DNA of 64,000 nucleotides from Planctomycetaceae bacterium. GTDB taxonomy: Bacteria > Planctomycetota > Planctomycetia > Planctomycetales > Planctomycetaceae. Location: contig JAKFWA010000068.1 of assembly GCA_021732995.1 (NCBI GenBank), positions 115,099 to 179,098 on the forward strand, given 5' to 3'. Below the pieces are notes generated by a model, which did no database searches, was not told the DNA's origin, and saw only the letters and a program-made list of their open reading frames with translations. Positions 10,708-21,478 of the stretch are shown here, in pieces; position 1 is the stretch's first letter, and each line of letters begins with the position of its first letter. The translations under genes and the position numbers were made by a program.

Positions 10708-12120
10708 TCAATCGTGAGTCGCTTTCTCTTCTGAGTCGCCAAGTTCTGCCATTTTGGCTCGCAGCTTGGCTTCCAGATCCGCGCGGACGCGTTGATCTTC
10801 GGAGTTGCCGCTCTTCGTCAGGTTGTCGGTTTCGCCGGGATCAACTGACAGATGATAAAGTTCAGACCGCCCCGGGTTCGCGAAGTCGATCATCAGCTTC
10901 CATTCGGGAGTGCGGTAGCAGCGCATGGCGGTGGTTGCTCCATTCCGCATGTTGTACTCACCGAAATAATCGTTGTTCCAAGCGGGCGATTCTCCCTTGA
11001 GCAATGGCATGATGCTGCGACCGCGCAACACCACGTTTTCTGGAATGGCTGCTCCGGCAGCGGCACACAAGGTCGGGAACCAGTCGAGGTTGGTCACCGT
11101 TTGTGAAATCGTCGAACCGGGCTTGATATGTTCCGGCCAGCGAACGACCGTCGGCAGGCGCAGCGACGTATCGAACATGTTGGGCCGAGTTCCCGCAGGA
11201 ATATGCGGCCACTCTTTGGCCGGCGTCTTATTGAGCATCCATGCGGCATTGCCCTTGTGCCAGATGCCATGCTGTCCGACGTTGTAGCCATGATCTGAAG
11301 TGAAAATGACCAGCGTGTTGTCCGTCAGCTTGAGATCATCCAGCTGCTTCAAAACTCGCCCGACGTTGCGGTCCACACACGCGACGGAAGCCAGATACGC
11401 CCGCATGTTGTTACGCGTCTTGGCGACGTCCAGATCTGGATACGCGGGAAGCGTGAGTTTCTGCCCATCGATATGTTCCAGGTCTTCATCTCGCACCGGC
11501 AAGTAAGCCGTATGAGGCGCCCGGAAGTGAAGCGAGAGAGCGAACGGCGCCGACCGATGCTGTTCAATGAATCCCAATGCGTGATCCGTAAAAATATCCT
11601 CGGCCAGACCCTCAAAGGTTTGTTCCTGGCCGTCCTTCTCGAGCGTGGGGTTCTTCGTGGCGCAGCCACCTTTCAACAGTCCCATGAAGTAGCCGTAACC
11701 ACGCTTGGTGGGATGATGCTCGGCGGTGTGGCCCACGTGCCATTTGCCGACCAGTCCGGTCTTATACCCCGCCTTCTGCAACATCTGGGGCCACGTTGGC
11801 ATGTTGTCAGGCAGACCTTGCGTTGATGCGGGCACGATCCAGTCATAGATGCCAATCTCCGATGAGTAGCGACTGGTCAGCGTCGCCGCGCGCGACGGGC
11901 TGCAGACGGGTGTCACGATCAGCGACGTCGTCAGCCACGCTCCTTCGTTTCGCAAGCGATCGAGATTCGGCGTGTGCGCGTCCTTGTTACCGGAGAAGCC
12001 GGTCGTCCACGCGGCTTGATCGTCGGTGCAAATGAAAAGGATGTTCGGCTTCGTGTCGGCCGCCTGAGCAACCAGCGAACTCGCGAACACGACGAGTGCC
12101 ATCCAGAGCCAGCGTGCCAT
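10708..12120 (-). CDS. Sulfatase (arylsulfatase family) with signal peptide
   Basis: The FGly motif CSPSR lies within [19 protein letters not shown]. The N-terminal LFICTDDQ is typical, and there is a signal peptide. Confidence 0.9.
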   Translation of the reverse strand: MARWLWMALVVFASSLVAQAADTKPNILFICTDDQAAWTTGFSGNKDAHTPNLDRLRNEGAWLTTSLIVTPVCSPSRAATLTSRYSSEIGIYDWIVPASTQGLPDNMPTWPQMLQKAGYKTGLVGKWHVGHTAEHHPTKRGYGYFMGLLKGGCATKNPTLEKDGQEQTFEGLAEDIFTDHALGFIEQHRSAPFALSLHFRAPHTAYLPVRDEDLEHIDGQKLTLPAYPDLDVAKTRNNMRAYLASVACVDRNVGRVLKQLDDLKLTDNTLVIFTSDHGYNVGQHGIWHKGNAAWMLNKTPAKEWPHIPAGTRPNMFDTSLRLPTVVRWPEHIKPGSTISQTVTNLDWFPTLCAAAGAAIPENVVLRGRSIMPLLKGESPAWNNDYFGEYNMRNGATTAMRCYRTPEWKLMIDFANPGRSELYHLSVDPGETDNLTKSGNSEDQRVRADLEAKLRAKMAELGDSEEKATHD

Positions 12121-12210
12121 AGACTGTTCCTTTCCGTACCGATCATGATCCCGTCAGCAGCGTCTGCTGAAGCAACTGCACAGCGGCTTGAACCATCGAG
12201 AACTTTTGAC

Positions 12211-13686
12211 ATGACAGCAACTCATCTGCTGGATCGCCGTCGGTTTCTGGGGAGCATGGGCACCGGACTGAGCAGTATCGCGCTCGCTCATCTGTTGAAC
12301 TCAGACGGGTTGCTGGCCAACGACGAACCGCGACCACCGATTCGTCCGCAGATTGATCCGTCGCGTCCGTTCGGGGCTCGCAAAACGCACTTCACTCCAC
12401 CTGCGAAGAATCTGATAGTCATCTTTTGTTCCGGAGCGTGCAGCCATCTCGACACGTTCGATTACAAGCCGGAACTCATCAAACGCGACGGCCAGCCGAT
12501 GCCCGGTGCGGAGAAACTCATCACGTTTCAAGGGGCCAATGGCAACCTCACAAAGAGTCCGTGGGCGTTCAAGCCGCGCGGCGAATGTGGCAAGCACGTT
12601 TCCGATCTGGTGCCACACCTCGGCGGGCTGGTCGATGACATGTGCTTCATGCACTCATTGACCAGCAAGACCAACACGCACGGTCCCGGCGAAAACTTCA
12701 TGTCGACCGGCAACACGCTCGACGGTTTCCCGAGCGTCGGTGCCTGGGTGACTTATGCGCTCGGCAGTGAGAATCAAGATCTGCCCGCGTACATCGCGAT
12801 CCCCGATCCGCGCGGGAAGCCTCAAGCCAGCGTCAACAACTGGGGAGCAGGCTTCCTGCCAGCTGCTTATCAGGGAGCGGACTTCAACGCCACGACACCC
12901 ATTCGCAACCTCGCCAAACCAGCGGCGATTTCGGCGGAATCAGACCGAGCCACTCAGGACTTTCTGAAACGCTTGAACGAACGCCATCTCGAAAAGTTTC
13001 CGGGCGACAGCGAACTCGCCGCACGCATTTCGAGCTACGAACTCGCAGCCCGCATGCAGGTCAGCGTGCCTGCGATTATGGATCTCAGCTCCGAGCCTGA
13101 GCACATCAACAAGCTCTACGGGGCCGACGATACTCAGAACAAACTGAAGGCCAGTTACGCCCGCAACTGCATTCTCGCCCGCAAACTGATCGAACGCGGC
13201 GTGCGGTTCGTGCAACTCTTCAATGGTGCGTATCAAACCGGCGGCGAAGGCGTCAGCAATTGGGACGGCCATAAGGCACTGGCTCAACAATACGCGCTGC
13301 ACGGCCCCGTGCTGGACCAGCCTACGGCCGGACTAATCACGGACCTCAAACAACGCGGCTTGCTGAAAGATACCCTCGTCGTCTGGTGCACCGAGTTCGG
13401 TCGCATGCCGACGTTCCAGCAAGGTGCCAGCGGTCGCGATCATAACCCGTCGGGTTTCACATGCTGGATGGCGGGAGCTGGAGTGAAAGCTCCGTTCTCT
13501 TACGGTGCTACCGACGAGTTCGGCTACAAAGCCGTTGAGCATGTAACGTCGGTCTATGAGTTCCACGCCACGATCCTGCACCTGCTCGGCCTGGAGCACG
13601 ATCGCCTGACGTTCTACTACAACGGCCTGGAGCGACGCCTTACGGACGTGCATGGCAAAGTCGTAACGGACGTTTTGAAGAGCTAG
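12211..13686 (+). CDS. DUF1501 domain protein with Tat signal
   Basis: The track ORF 11974-13686 overlaps the sulfatase gene, so I trimmed it to the in-frame ATG at 12211 ([14 protein letters not shown]). The body is sulfatase-fold DUF1501-like. Confidence 0.85.
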   Translation: MTATHLLDRRRFLGSMGTGLSSIALAHLLNSDGLLANDEPRPPIRPQIDPSRPFGARKTHFTPPAKNLIVIFCSGACSHLDTFDYKPELIKRDGQPMPGAEKLITFQGANGNLTKSPWAFKPRGECGKHVSDLVPHLGGLVDDMCFMHSLTSKTNTHGPGENFMSTGNTLDGFPSVGAWVTYALGSENQDLPAYIAIPDPRGKPQASVNNWGAGFLPAAYQGADFNATTPIRNLAKPAAISAESDRATQDFLKRLNERHLEKFPGDSELAARISSYELAARMQVSVPAIMDLSSEPEHINKLYGADDTQNKLKASYARNCILARKLIERGVRFVQLFNGAYQTGGEGVSNWDGHKALAQQYALHGPVLDQPTAGLITDLKQRGLLKDTLVVWCTEFGRMPTFQQGASGRDHNPSGFTCWMAGAGVKAPFSYGATDEFGYKAVEHVTSVYEFHATILHLLGLEHDRLTFYYNGLERRLTDVHGKVVTDVLKS

Positions 13687-13702
13687 TGACGCGTCTAACA
13701 TC

Positions 13703-13740
13703 GGAATTGGGTGCCACTGGCTTTGCCAGTGCCCAATTCC
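13703..13740. repeat. REP-like extended hairpin; a related element occurs at 57925-57981
   Basis: GGAATTGGG-TGC-CACTGGC-TTT-GCCAGTG-CCCAATTCC: a 9-bp outer stem, a 3-nt bulge, a 7-bp inner stem and a 3-nt loop. It lies between convergent gene ends, so it may also act as a bidirectional terminator. Confidence 0.5.
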
Positions 13741-13756
13741 TGTGACGAGCGCGCCG

Positions 13757-14923
13757 CTAGCCGATCAGCGAGATTCCGCGGCGTTCCTCTTTGACGATCA
13801 TCTGGATGAAATGCATTTTGCGCAACACCGGGCGTGACATCACGAACGGATAGAAATCGTGCTGGCCCATGCTCCGCGCCAGTTCGTTCAAAACTGTCGT
13901 GAGCTGCACCCAGGAGTTGGTCAACAGGATCACGCGTTGAGCATCCGGTGCGTTCGGGTCGTAGAGGTCATCGACAGTAAAGGGTTCGATGGCCTGCTCC
14001 ACTTCCTCACCGCGCAGACCAAACCGCAAGGCTGTGTCGAGGCTATCGACCACGTGCAGATAGTGAGCCCAGGTCTCGGCCCAATCCTCCCACGGATGGA
14101 CTGAGGCGTATGAGCTGATGTGCTGGTCGGCCCAATTCGGCGGCGGGCCTTGCTCATAATTCCTTTTGAGTGCCTCGCTGTAGTCTTGCCTCTCGTCGCC
14201 AAATAGCTCACGGAATTTTTCCAGCCAGGGTGTGTCCGCGACCAAGCGATCCCAGTAGTAATGTCCTACTTCGTGACGAAAATGCCCCAGCAAAGTCCGA
14301 TACGGCTCGCGCATGTTATGCCGTATCCTCTCCCGAATGGAGTCATCCGCTTCTTCCACGTTCAACGTGATCAATCCATTGGCGTGCCCAGTGAGAACCC
14401 GCGGGCCCTCGGGGGGACTACGCAGGAAATCGAACATGAAGCCGCGTTCGGGGTCTTCGCTCACCTTTGAAACCACCGGCAATCCAAGATTCAGTAGCTG
14501 CGCCACCAGGCGGCGTTTCGCGTTCTCGATCTTCCGCCACCACAGTTTATTATCTGCGTCATCCAGAATCGGAATGATGTTGTTCAGGCGGCAGGATCGG
14601 CAGAGGGTCTCTTCCTCGTCCGCCTGCACCAGCCAGTTGCAGCCGGCAGGCGATTCAAAGTTTTCGCAACGTTTCCACGTTTTGCCGTCGTCCTGGGTTC
14701 CATCGAGCTTCCAAGTTCCCTGCTCCGGCCCCGGTGTCAGTGACCGAACTTGTTGTAGTTCGGGTTCGTAGCCCAGCGGCGCGTTACATCCGAGGCACAG
14801 GCTGTTATTAAAAAACACAGGCCGTCCGCAACTACAACTGAACGAACTCCTGCGCCCCGACGGCTCGTCCAGTCTCCATGCGTCGACCAGCCGCTTTGTG
14901 ATTGACTCGAAGATATTCAGCAT
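13757..14923 (-). CDS. Putative zinc metallopeptidase (HExxH) with N-terminal zinc-ribbon
   Basis: HEVGH motif within GHFRHEVGHYYWD. The N-terminus has CSCGRPVFFNNSLCLGCNAPLGY and CRSCRLNN Cys clusters. Confidence 0.7.
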   Translation of the reverse strand: MLNIFESITKRLVDAWRLDEPSGRRSSFSCSCGRPVFFNNSLCLGCNAPLGYEPELQQVRSLTPGPEQGTWKLDGTQDDGKTWKRCENFESPAGCNWLVQADEEETLCRSCRLNNIIPILDDADNKLWWRKIENAKRRLVAQLLNLGLPVVSKVSEDPERGFMFDFLRSPPEGPRVLTGHANGLITLNVEEADDSIRERIRHNMREPYRTLLGHFRHEVGHYYWDRLVADTPWLEKFRELFGDERQDYSEALKRNYEQGPPPNWADQHISSYASVHPWEDWAETWAHYLHVVDSLDTALRFGLRGEEVEQAIEPFTVDDLYDPNAPDAQRVILLTNSWVQLTTVLNELARSMGQHDFYPFVMSRPVLRKMHFIQMIVKEERRGISLIG

Positions 14924-15012
14924 TGATGGCCCACGTTCCCGGTTGATGAATGTCCTTGAAGCAGTGACTGATTCTAGGAAGTCGTCATCCGGAAAACACG
15001 ACGAAGCAGTGG

Positions 15013-16461
15013 CTAGAACTCAACCTGATAACGCTTGGTCATCTCCTTACGGATGGCCGCAGAGGCGTCCTCCATCTCCTTCCACGTGTTGTATCGTACG
15101 TTCCGTGCTTGAGACTTTTCTTCAGTGTCGATCTGTGATCGCACGCTCTGACTGCCACGCGTCGTGCTATAGCCGCTGCCGTTGTAGCCGTACTGGTAAT
15201 TGCCGTAGACGCTCGATTTGCGCACGCCGGCTTTGATGCCGCTCGTGCGTTGCGCGAGTGCCATATTGCGGAATGCCTCGCCGACCTTCGCGCCCCAGGC
15301 GAGCAAATCCTCATCGACATTCAGCACCGGCAACGCATCCACTTTGCGAGCGTACCGCTCCATCCACACCATGTGATTGTCGCGCGTGTTACCAAGGGTC
15401 TTGCGCAGATCCTCAATCAAAACAGTGACTCCCTTGTAGTATGACTTCGACGCAGCAGCCTTCGCGGTGGGGCTGGCCACGCTCGATTCGCTCGCGGTCT
15501 CTGGAACGTCATCTTTCAGAGTACTGAACTTCGTCGAGGGAAGTTCCAGCAGGCTGAAGACTCGACGCAATGCGTCCGTCGATAGCGGTCCTTCCAGCAC
15601 AATGGCTTTGGCTTCGATCTTCGCCGTCCATTGATCGAGTCCCGGCAACTGAGCCCCGAAGGTATCGAGGACTTCCAGCAACAACGGCTTGGCCTGAGTT
15701 CCCAAAACTTGAGGACTGTCGCTGAACTCAACTTTCAGAGTGCCTTTCGCCGCTTGGCCAACCGCGACCTTCATGGTCACACCTTGTACTCCCAGGATCA
15801 GCTTTTCGATCTGATCAAGCTTAGCGGACAGCGTCTTCAACGCGGGCGAATCCTGTAGCCGCTCCCGCAGGCGATGCGGCTGCGGCACGTCCTTGAGATC
15901 TACAGCCATCACGATCTGGTTGGTGCGATCAGCTTGATTGCTCGCGAGTGACAGGAAGCCAGACGACATCGCTCCCGCAGTATTTTGCTTCCACCGTGAT
16001 ACCAACTGTCGATTCGCCGGAAAGACGACACCCAATTGCTTCGGCTGTAATGACACAAAGTAGGCGTCACTGGGAATCCAGGCGCACTCGGCACCGGCAA
16101 TCGTATCGACATAGCCGCCTTCAGCCCGGGCGATCGAACGCATCGCGATAGGCTCATTCAAGTTCATTGCGGAGACTTGCCACTCAACATTCATCTCACC
16201 AGCGAAATTGAGTTGCGAGCCGATCACAATTCGAGTTGCTTCAGGCGGCAGCATCATAGGACGTTCAACAAATGCCGCTTCATGTTTCTTCGACCATCCT
16301 TGAGCCTTTGCCAACGGCGCGGATTCCAATGCCGTGACGTCAATCACCATTAAGGCGTTTGCGCCCGCAGGAATCCGTTCGGTCAGTTCATCGGCCACAG
16401 CCAAGGTAGATCGAGCAGCCAACAGACACGCGATTACGGCAGTCAAAGAGCGAAGTGTCAT
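15013..16461 (-). CDS. Secreted hypothetical protein (signal peptide)
   Basis: Start taken at MTLRSLTAVIACLLAARSTLAVA, with GGAGA upstream. No recognisable domain. Confidence 0.55.
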   Translation of the reverse strand: MTLRSLTAVIACLLAARSTLAVADELTERIPAGANALMVIDVTALESAPLAKAQGWSKKHEAAFVERPMMLPPEATRIVIGSQLNFAGEMNVEWQVSAMNLNEPIAMRSIARAEGGYVDTIAGAECAWIPSDAYFVSLQPKQLGVVFPANRQLVSRWKQNTAGAMSSGFLSLASNQADRTNQIVMAVDLKDVPQPHRLRERLQDSPALKTLSAKLDQIEKLILGVQGVTMKVAVGQAAKGTLKVEFSDSPQVLGTQAKPLLLEVLDTFGAQLPGLDQWTAKIEAKAIVLEGPLSTDALRRVFSLLELPSTKFSTLKDDVPETASESSVASPTAKAAASKSYYKGVTVLIEDLRKTLGNTRDNHMVWMERYARKVDALPVLNVDEDLLAWGAKVGEAFRNMALAQRTSGIKAGVRKSSVYGNYQYGYNGSGYSTTRGSQSVRSQIDTEEKSQARNVRYNTWKEMEDASAAIRKEMTKRYQVEF

Positions 16462-16699
16462 GGGGTGTTCTCCGGAGGTGCGTGTCGTTCGTAGTTTGCC
16501 ATTTGCCAAACCTGCTGCTGCGACAACGGCAATGCAAGAGGCTGCAGACGCTCAAACTGCGAGGATGTTCATAGGGTCGGATTGGTAGTGTCGCAACCAT
16601 TCGCCAGCGGCGGTATCAGCCTGCGAGTTGACTTGGCAGTTTCTTAACAAGCACCTCAACCTCAACAGGACCAGTAGCGTTCCCCGTTGAGACACGACA

Positions 16700-18037
16700 T
16701 CAGCCAAAGTGCTTCTGCACGGCGGAACGATTCAGCGAAACTCCATGGCTGAGCAGGACGGCCATCATGCGGGTCAGTGCGTTCGAGGCATCGGAGCCCT
16801 TCTGATCAATCGAGACCACGGCGTTTGGACGATCACCAAGAATGCTGCGAATCCAGGTCGCACAGTTTTGTCGCGGGCCGATTTCTACGAACACGCGCGA
16901 ACCTTGCTGCCAAGCCGTTTCGACAATCTGCGGGAAGTCGACGGCGTTCAGAGCCGTATTCACCAGAGTTCGCGCGATGATGCGGGCGTCATGCGGAATG
17001 CGAATGAACGGCACCATTGAAGCAAACACGATCTCCGGTCGCGCATCGAGTTCCAGGCTGTAGATCTCGCCGAGTTCTGCAGCACTCGGTTCACACATGC
17101 GAGAATGATACGCCAATTGGAAAGGCAGTCGCTGACCGACAAGCCCCAGTTCGCTCAGCAGTCTCAACACCTGCGGCGGGTCGCCTCCGATCACGACCTC
17201 ATCCACGGTGTTGATATGAGTCAGGCAGACGCGTTGCTCTTGCGCAACTCGCTGTCGGATGACCTCCGCCGGTGCTTTGACGAGGTACAGAACCCAATCG
17301 GCATCTGGTCCCCAAACATCATGCACCGCAGTCAGCGGACCGGAAATCCGCTGCGGAAAGATGTCGGATCCGCGCATGTGAGCGGCTAGATCCTGCGGTC
17401 GTCGCCAGACTCCACACGCGGCGAACATGGACAACTCACCCAGCGAATTTCCGATGGCAGCAACCGGCTGCAGTCCGAATTCACTGCGCAGGAGATGAGT
17501 CAGCACATAGCAGAGGCTGACGCAAAGTTCGGCTTGAGTGGTGATGTCTTCCGAAAGCGTGGTCGCAGCGGATTCCATTCTGTCAGGTTCAGGCCATAGC
17601 AGATCCCGATGCAGCAGAGCCGAAATCTCTGCTCTGCTGATCCGCGGCAAGGTATCCAGCAATGTGGGAAAAACGTCCTCAAGGCCGCTCAAGCATCCCG
17701 GATACAAGCTGCCAATGCCCGGATAAACAAACGTCAAACGCCCCGACTGGCCCTGCGGTTTGGGAGTCAAAAAGGAGCCATTGGGAGTTTTCCAGTCGCG
17801 ATTCTGCGCCAAGGCAGCTCCGGCCGTCGCGCTGGCCATCCTCAGTTCGCGCTGCAGTTCCGCAGCATCACGAGCGACCAGCGACGCCACAAACGCAGGC
17901 TCGCCGGTGACTCCGAATTCCTGCCAGCACTCCGCTGAGATCGCGGCCAGATCCGGCTTTTGCTCCAGTTGTTGGCTCAGCCGTTGCAACAAGAGCATGA
18001 AGTCGGAGAGAGCGTTCAACGCGAATGGCAACAGCAC
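16700..18037 (-). CDS. Stand-alone acyltransferase (malonyl-CoA:ACP transacylase / PKS AT-type) domain protein
   Basis: Motifs FVYPGIGS (cf. FVFPGQGSQ), GNSLGE (cf. GHSLGE), AYHS and VEIGP. Confidence 0.7.
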   Translation of the reverse strand: MLLPFALNALSDFMLLLQRLSQQLEQKPDLAAISAECWQEFGVTGEPAFVASLVARDAAELQRELRMASATAGAALAQNRDWKTPNGSFLTPKPQGQSGRLTFVYPGIGSLYPGCLSGLEDVFPTLLDTLPRISRAEISALLHRDLLWPEPDRMESAATTLSEDITTQAELCVSLCYVLTHLLRSEFGLQPVAAIGNSLGELSMFAACGVWRRPQDLAAHMRGSDIFPQRISGPLTAVHDVWGPDADWVLYLVKAPAEVIRQRVAQEQRVCLTHINTVDEVVIGGDPPQVLRLLSELGLVGQRLPFQLAYHSRMCEPSAAELGEIYSLELDARPEIVFASMVPFIRIPHDARIIARTLVNTALNAVDFPQIVETAWQQGSRVFVEIGPRQNCATWIRSILGDRPNAVVSIDQKGSDASNALTRMMAVLLSHGVSLNRSAVQKHFG

Positions 18038-18218
18038 GATGGATGGTTGTCCTTACAGCCGATCGGCGCGCGATCCGTCGCGATGTCAGAGCGGCGGAAT
18101 CTTGAACTTTTGCGGCGCCGCTTGCGATCGAAGTTCAGAGTTCACAGATTGCAGTTTAACGTTGCGACTCAACAACCGAAGTCATCCTCGCCTCAACGAT
18201 CACGAAGAGAAATCCGAC

Positions 18219-19622
18219 ATGACATCGCACGTCTCACGAAGACAGTTCTTGCAGTACTCGTCAGGAAGTTTGGCACTGTTGGCGGGTGGATTCAGTCCCT
18301 TGCAGTCTGGTCTTGCCGCTGAAGATACCGCCTGGAAGGCCGGTATCGCCAAGGCCGTCATCACTCCCGAAAAAGCCGTCTGGCTGGCGGGATACGGATC
18401 GAAACGAGTCCCCGACGGCAAGTTGCACGACCTGTGGATGAAGGCGCTCGCGCTGGAAGACAAGGCTGGTCAGCGCGTCGTGCTGATCACCAGCGACTTC
18501 CAAGGCGTACCCAAAGTCATGAGCGATCGCGTGTTTCAGCAGGCCCGCGAGCGATTCAAGCTGGAGCGGTCGCAGATCATGCTGACGTTCTCTCACAATC
18601 ACTGCGGTCCGCGACTGGGCGACGACCTCATTGATTACTACCCGGTCGAAGCCGAACAAGAGGCACTGGTCGCAGAGTACACGGACCAGATGGTCGCCAA
18701 GTGCGTGACGATGATTGGCGAAGCTCTGGCGGCTCTGGCACCGGCGAGTCTGCAAACCGGCAGCGGGCAGACGACGTTTGCCGTGAATCGCCGCAACAAC
18801 CGCGAGGCCGACGTCCCCATGCTGCTGGAACAAGGCAAGCCGCTGGTCGGCCCCGTCGATCACATGGTGCCCGTGCTCACAGTGACGCGCCCGGATGGAA
18901 AGCTTGAAGCCCTGCTGTTCGGTTACGCCTGCCACCCGACGACGCTCAGCTTCCTCACGTGGTGCGGCGACTATCCGGGCTTCGCTCAACTGGAACTGGA
19001 GAAGGCTCATCCCGGAACGACGGCCATGTTCGTCAACACCTGTGGTGGCGATCAGAACCCACTGCCACGCCGCAAAGTGGAACTCTGCGAAAAGTACGGT
19101 CACATGCTGGCCGTTGCCGTAGAGGACGTCTTGAAGAAACCTCTCAAACCTGTTTCTCCCGGCATCAAGACAGCGTTTGAATTGATCGACTTGCCGTACT
19201 TGAAAGTCGTCACACGTGAAGAACTGACCGCCACACTGAAAGATCCGAACACGCTTAAGGTCCGCTGGGCGACGCGACTACTGAAAAAACTCGATGCTGG
19301 CGACAAGTTTGAAGACGCGTACCCCTATCCCATCCATGCGTGGCAGCTCGGCAAAGAGATGCTCATGATCGGCATGGGGGCTGAAACCGTGGTGGACTAT
19401 GCACTGCGGTTCAAGCGCACCTACGGCTACAGCACCTGGGTCTGCGGCTACACCGACGACATGATTTCTTACATCCCCTCGCGCCGAGTCTGGGAAGAAG
19501 GCGGTTACGAAGGCGGCTCGAATCTTTTCGAATACGGCCGCCCTGCTCTCCGCTGGGCGGGCGACATGGAAGACCGCATTGCCGCGTCGGTCAACAAGTT
19601 AGTGAGTCAGGTGCGCAAGTAA
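18219..19622 (+). CDS. Tat-secreted hydrolase, neutral/alkaline ceramidase-like (tentative)
   Basis: The long track ORF is trimmed to ATG 18219 (MTSHVSRRQFLQYSSGSLALLAG, a Tat motif). LTFSHNHCGP resembles the ceramidase metal-binding motif, but the family call is uncertain. Confidence 0.5.
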   Translation: MTSHVSRRQFLQYSSGSLALLAGGFSPLQSGLAAEDTAWKAGIAKAVITPEKAVWLAGYGSKRVPDGKLHDLWMKALALEDKAGQRVVLITSDFQGVPKVMSDRVFQQARERFKLERSQIMLTFSHNHCGPRLGDDLIDYYPVEAEQEALVAEYTDQMVAKCVTMIGEALAALAPASLQTGSGQTTFAVNRRNNREADVPMLLEQGKPLVGPVDHMVPVLTVTRPDGKLEALLFGYACHPTTLSFLTWCGDYPGFAQLELEKAHPGTTAMFVNTCGGDQNPLPRRKVELCEKYGHMLAVAVEDVLKKPLKPVSPGIKTAFELIDLPYLKVVTREELTATLKDPNTLKVRWATRLLKKLDAGDKFEDAYPYPIHAWQLGKEMLMIGMGAETVVDYALRFKRTYGYSTWVCGYTDDMISYIPSRRVWEEGGYEGGSNLFEYGRPALRWAGDMEDRIAASVNKLVSQVRK

Positions 19623-19634
19623 TCGGAATCACGT

Positions 19635-19670
19635 CAACAAGCAGAGGCACCACGTGACCTCTGCTTGTTG
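19635..19670. terminator. 13-bp-stem hairpin between convergent genes
   Basis: CAACAAGCAGAGG-(loop CACCACGTGA)-CCTCTGCTTGTTG. Confidence 0.5.
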
Positions 19671-19682
19671 AATCCGCGAGTG

Positions 19683-20735
19683 CTACTTGCGAGTTGCGTA
19701 CTCGCGAACCTTGCCATTGGTTCCGATTTGCACGGTGTAGCTCGTCCCGTCCTTAGCGACGGACAGCTTCACGTGCGTGCCTTCGCAACCTTCCGTTAGC
19801 CCCCTATTCGCAATGAATTCAGCAGGAGTCTGCTCCGCTTCCGAGATCCGCACATTTCGATGCAACTGGTAAGAATCCTTCAGCGACTTCACCTGCTTCA
19901 GAGTCGCCAGAGTCGAGGGCTCACCACCCTTCGTCGGCCCGTTGCACATCACGGTGACGACCGGATCAATCGCTCGTACCAAGGTGGGGTTGTTGCTGAC
20001 TCCCAAGCCATGATGAGTCACCATAAACACATCCACGTGCCCCAACGGATTGTTCGGCGTCATGAGCTTCGCTTCGATATTCCAAGTCAGGTCACCACAC
20101 GTCAGGAACTTGAAGTTTCCAAACTTCAACAGTGTGCTGACGCTGGCGGCATTGTCGCTGTCATCCACCGGCTGAGGCTTGTTCTCTTTGGCATAAGGAT
20201 TCGGCTCGCCGGTGTTCGGAATCACGTCACGGCTGGCCGTCACAACCTGCATCGTCAGGGACGTTGTGCCGTTCTTCAGCGGAACCATATCGCCAGCCTT
20301 GACCGCCTTGGACTGATTCTGAGACGCCTTGCGATAGTCCGCGATCCGATCGATAAACTTCCCGTCTTCCTTGAGCGTCTCAGGAATCCCGCGATCCCAG
20401 AACGTGCCGATCTTGATCTTCTCGGTGAGCGACGCATGGTTGCCGTAGTGATCCAGGTGCCAATGCGACACCAGCGCATGATCAATCTGCTTCAGTTGAG
20501 CGATTTCTCTGGCAACTTTGACGATCCGGTCCCGGTCGCGCCCGCCGTAGTCGGGATACCCCGAGTCAATCAACATCGACTCGCCTTGCGGCGTCACAAT
20601 CAGCGTGGCGGCTCCGCCTTCGACGTCAACGAAGTAGATCTCAAGCCGTCCATCATTCTGATCCGCCCGCACGGCGGCCTGATTCAGCAGGGCAGCCATC
20701 GCAAACAGCCAGAGCGCAGTAATTCGAACTCGCAT
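19683..20735 (-). CDS. Secreted metallo-beta-lactamase-fold hydrolase
   Basis: HWHLDHYGNH (HxHxDH) motif. Signal peptide. Confidence 0.85.
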   Translation of the reverse strand: MRVRITALWLFAMAALLNQAAVRADQNDGRLEIYFVDVEGGAATLIVTPQGESMLIDSGYPDYGGRDRDRIVKVAREIAQLKQIDHALVSHWHLDHYGNHASLTEKIKIGTFWDRGIPETLKEDGKFIDRIADYRKASQNQSKAVKAGDMVPLKNGTTSLTMQVVTASRDVIPNTGEPNPYAKENKPQPVDDSDNAASVSTLLKFGNFKFLTCGDLTWNIEAKLMTPNNPLGHVDVFMVTHHGLGVSNNPTLVRAIDPVVTVMCNGPTKGGEPSTLATLKQVKSLKDSYQLHRNVRISEAEQTPAEFIANRGLTEGCEGTHVKLSVAKDGTSYTVQIGTNGKVREYATRK

Positions 20736-20926
20736 CTCGAACCTCGACAGAACGGGGGAAGTGAATCACAAGACGTTGATGCGAAACGATATCGCCGCTC
20801 GCGCACTTCCGACCAGCGACCGGCCACAATCGTCGAATGCGGCAGTCGCAGCCTTGTCTGCAAGTCCTCATCCGGTAGACTCCCGCCCGGTGCGACTCAG
20901 TTGCCTTAGGCTACAGCGCCGCCCAT

Positions 20927-21000
<74 letters not shown>

Positions 21001-21030
21001 CTTCGCTAACTTGAATACCAGCAATGAATT

Positions 21031-21077
21031 AAAGGCAATTGGCTACCTGCAAGCCAATTGCCTTTTGTCGTTTGTTG
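21031..21077 (+). terminator. Rho-independent terminator after the tRNA-Arg gene
   Basis: Perfect 13-bp stem AAAGGCAATTGGC / GCCAATTGCCTTT with a 9-nt loop, followed by TTTTGTCGTTTGTTG. Confidence 0.7.
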
Positions 21078-21478
21078 CTACCCAGTTGCTACTTTGCGGA
21101 GCGAAGCAGAAGCGGACTGAAGGAATGTGTGTGGGTGTCATGAGGCAGCGGGGGAACACCTTTCGGCATGCTACCGAGCGGAGGACCCAAGAAGCCGGGG
21201 GTAAGGTAGGCGCTTCCAGTATTCTTGCCGCTCAGCAACGGTACTTCTCCCCGCGAAAGGGATAACCGACATACCTCGCGCGCAGGGATAACGGTGTTAG
21301 CTCGCGCGCGGGTTAACAAGGTACAGCCACTCGAAAGATCCTCAACCAATTTGGTTGACAGATTGCTATTTGCTCGGCATTTTGCCCGCTGTCACAAACG
21401 AGCAGTCCTACGAGTCGAGCCGAGTTAGCTCGCGCGCTGCTCAATAAGACTGTTAGCCCTCACGATGAAGTCGCGGTA

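Noticed and set aside
11974-12210. N-terminal extension of the DUF1501 ORF
   Set aside because: It overlaps the opposite-strand sulfatase gene. The in-frame ATG at 12211 gives a canonical twin-arginine signal.
17760-18218. N-terminal 150 codons of the ORF-track 620-aa protein
   Set aside because: It overlaps the start of the AT-domain gene and is Cys/Ser/Arg-rich junk. The real start is at the Tat signal at 18219.
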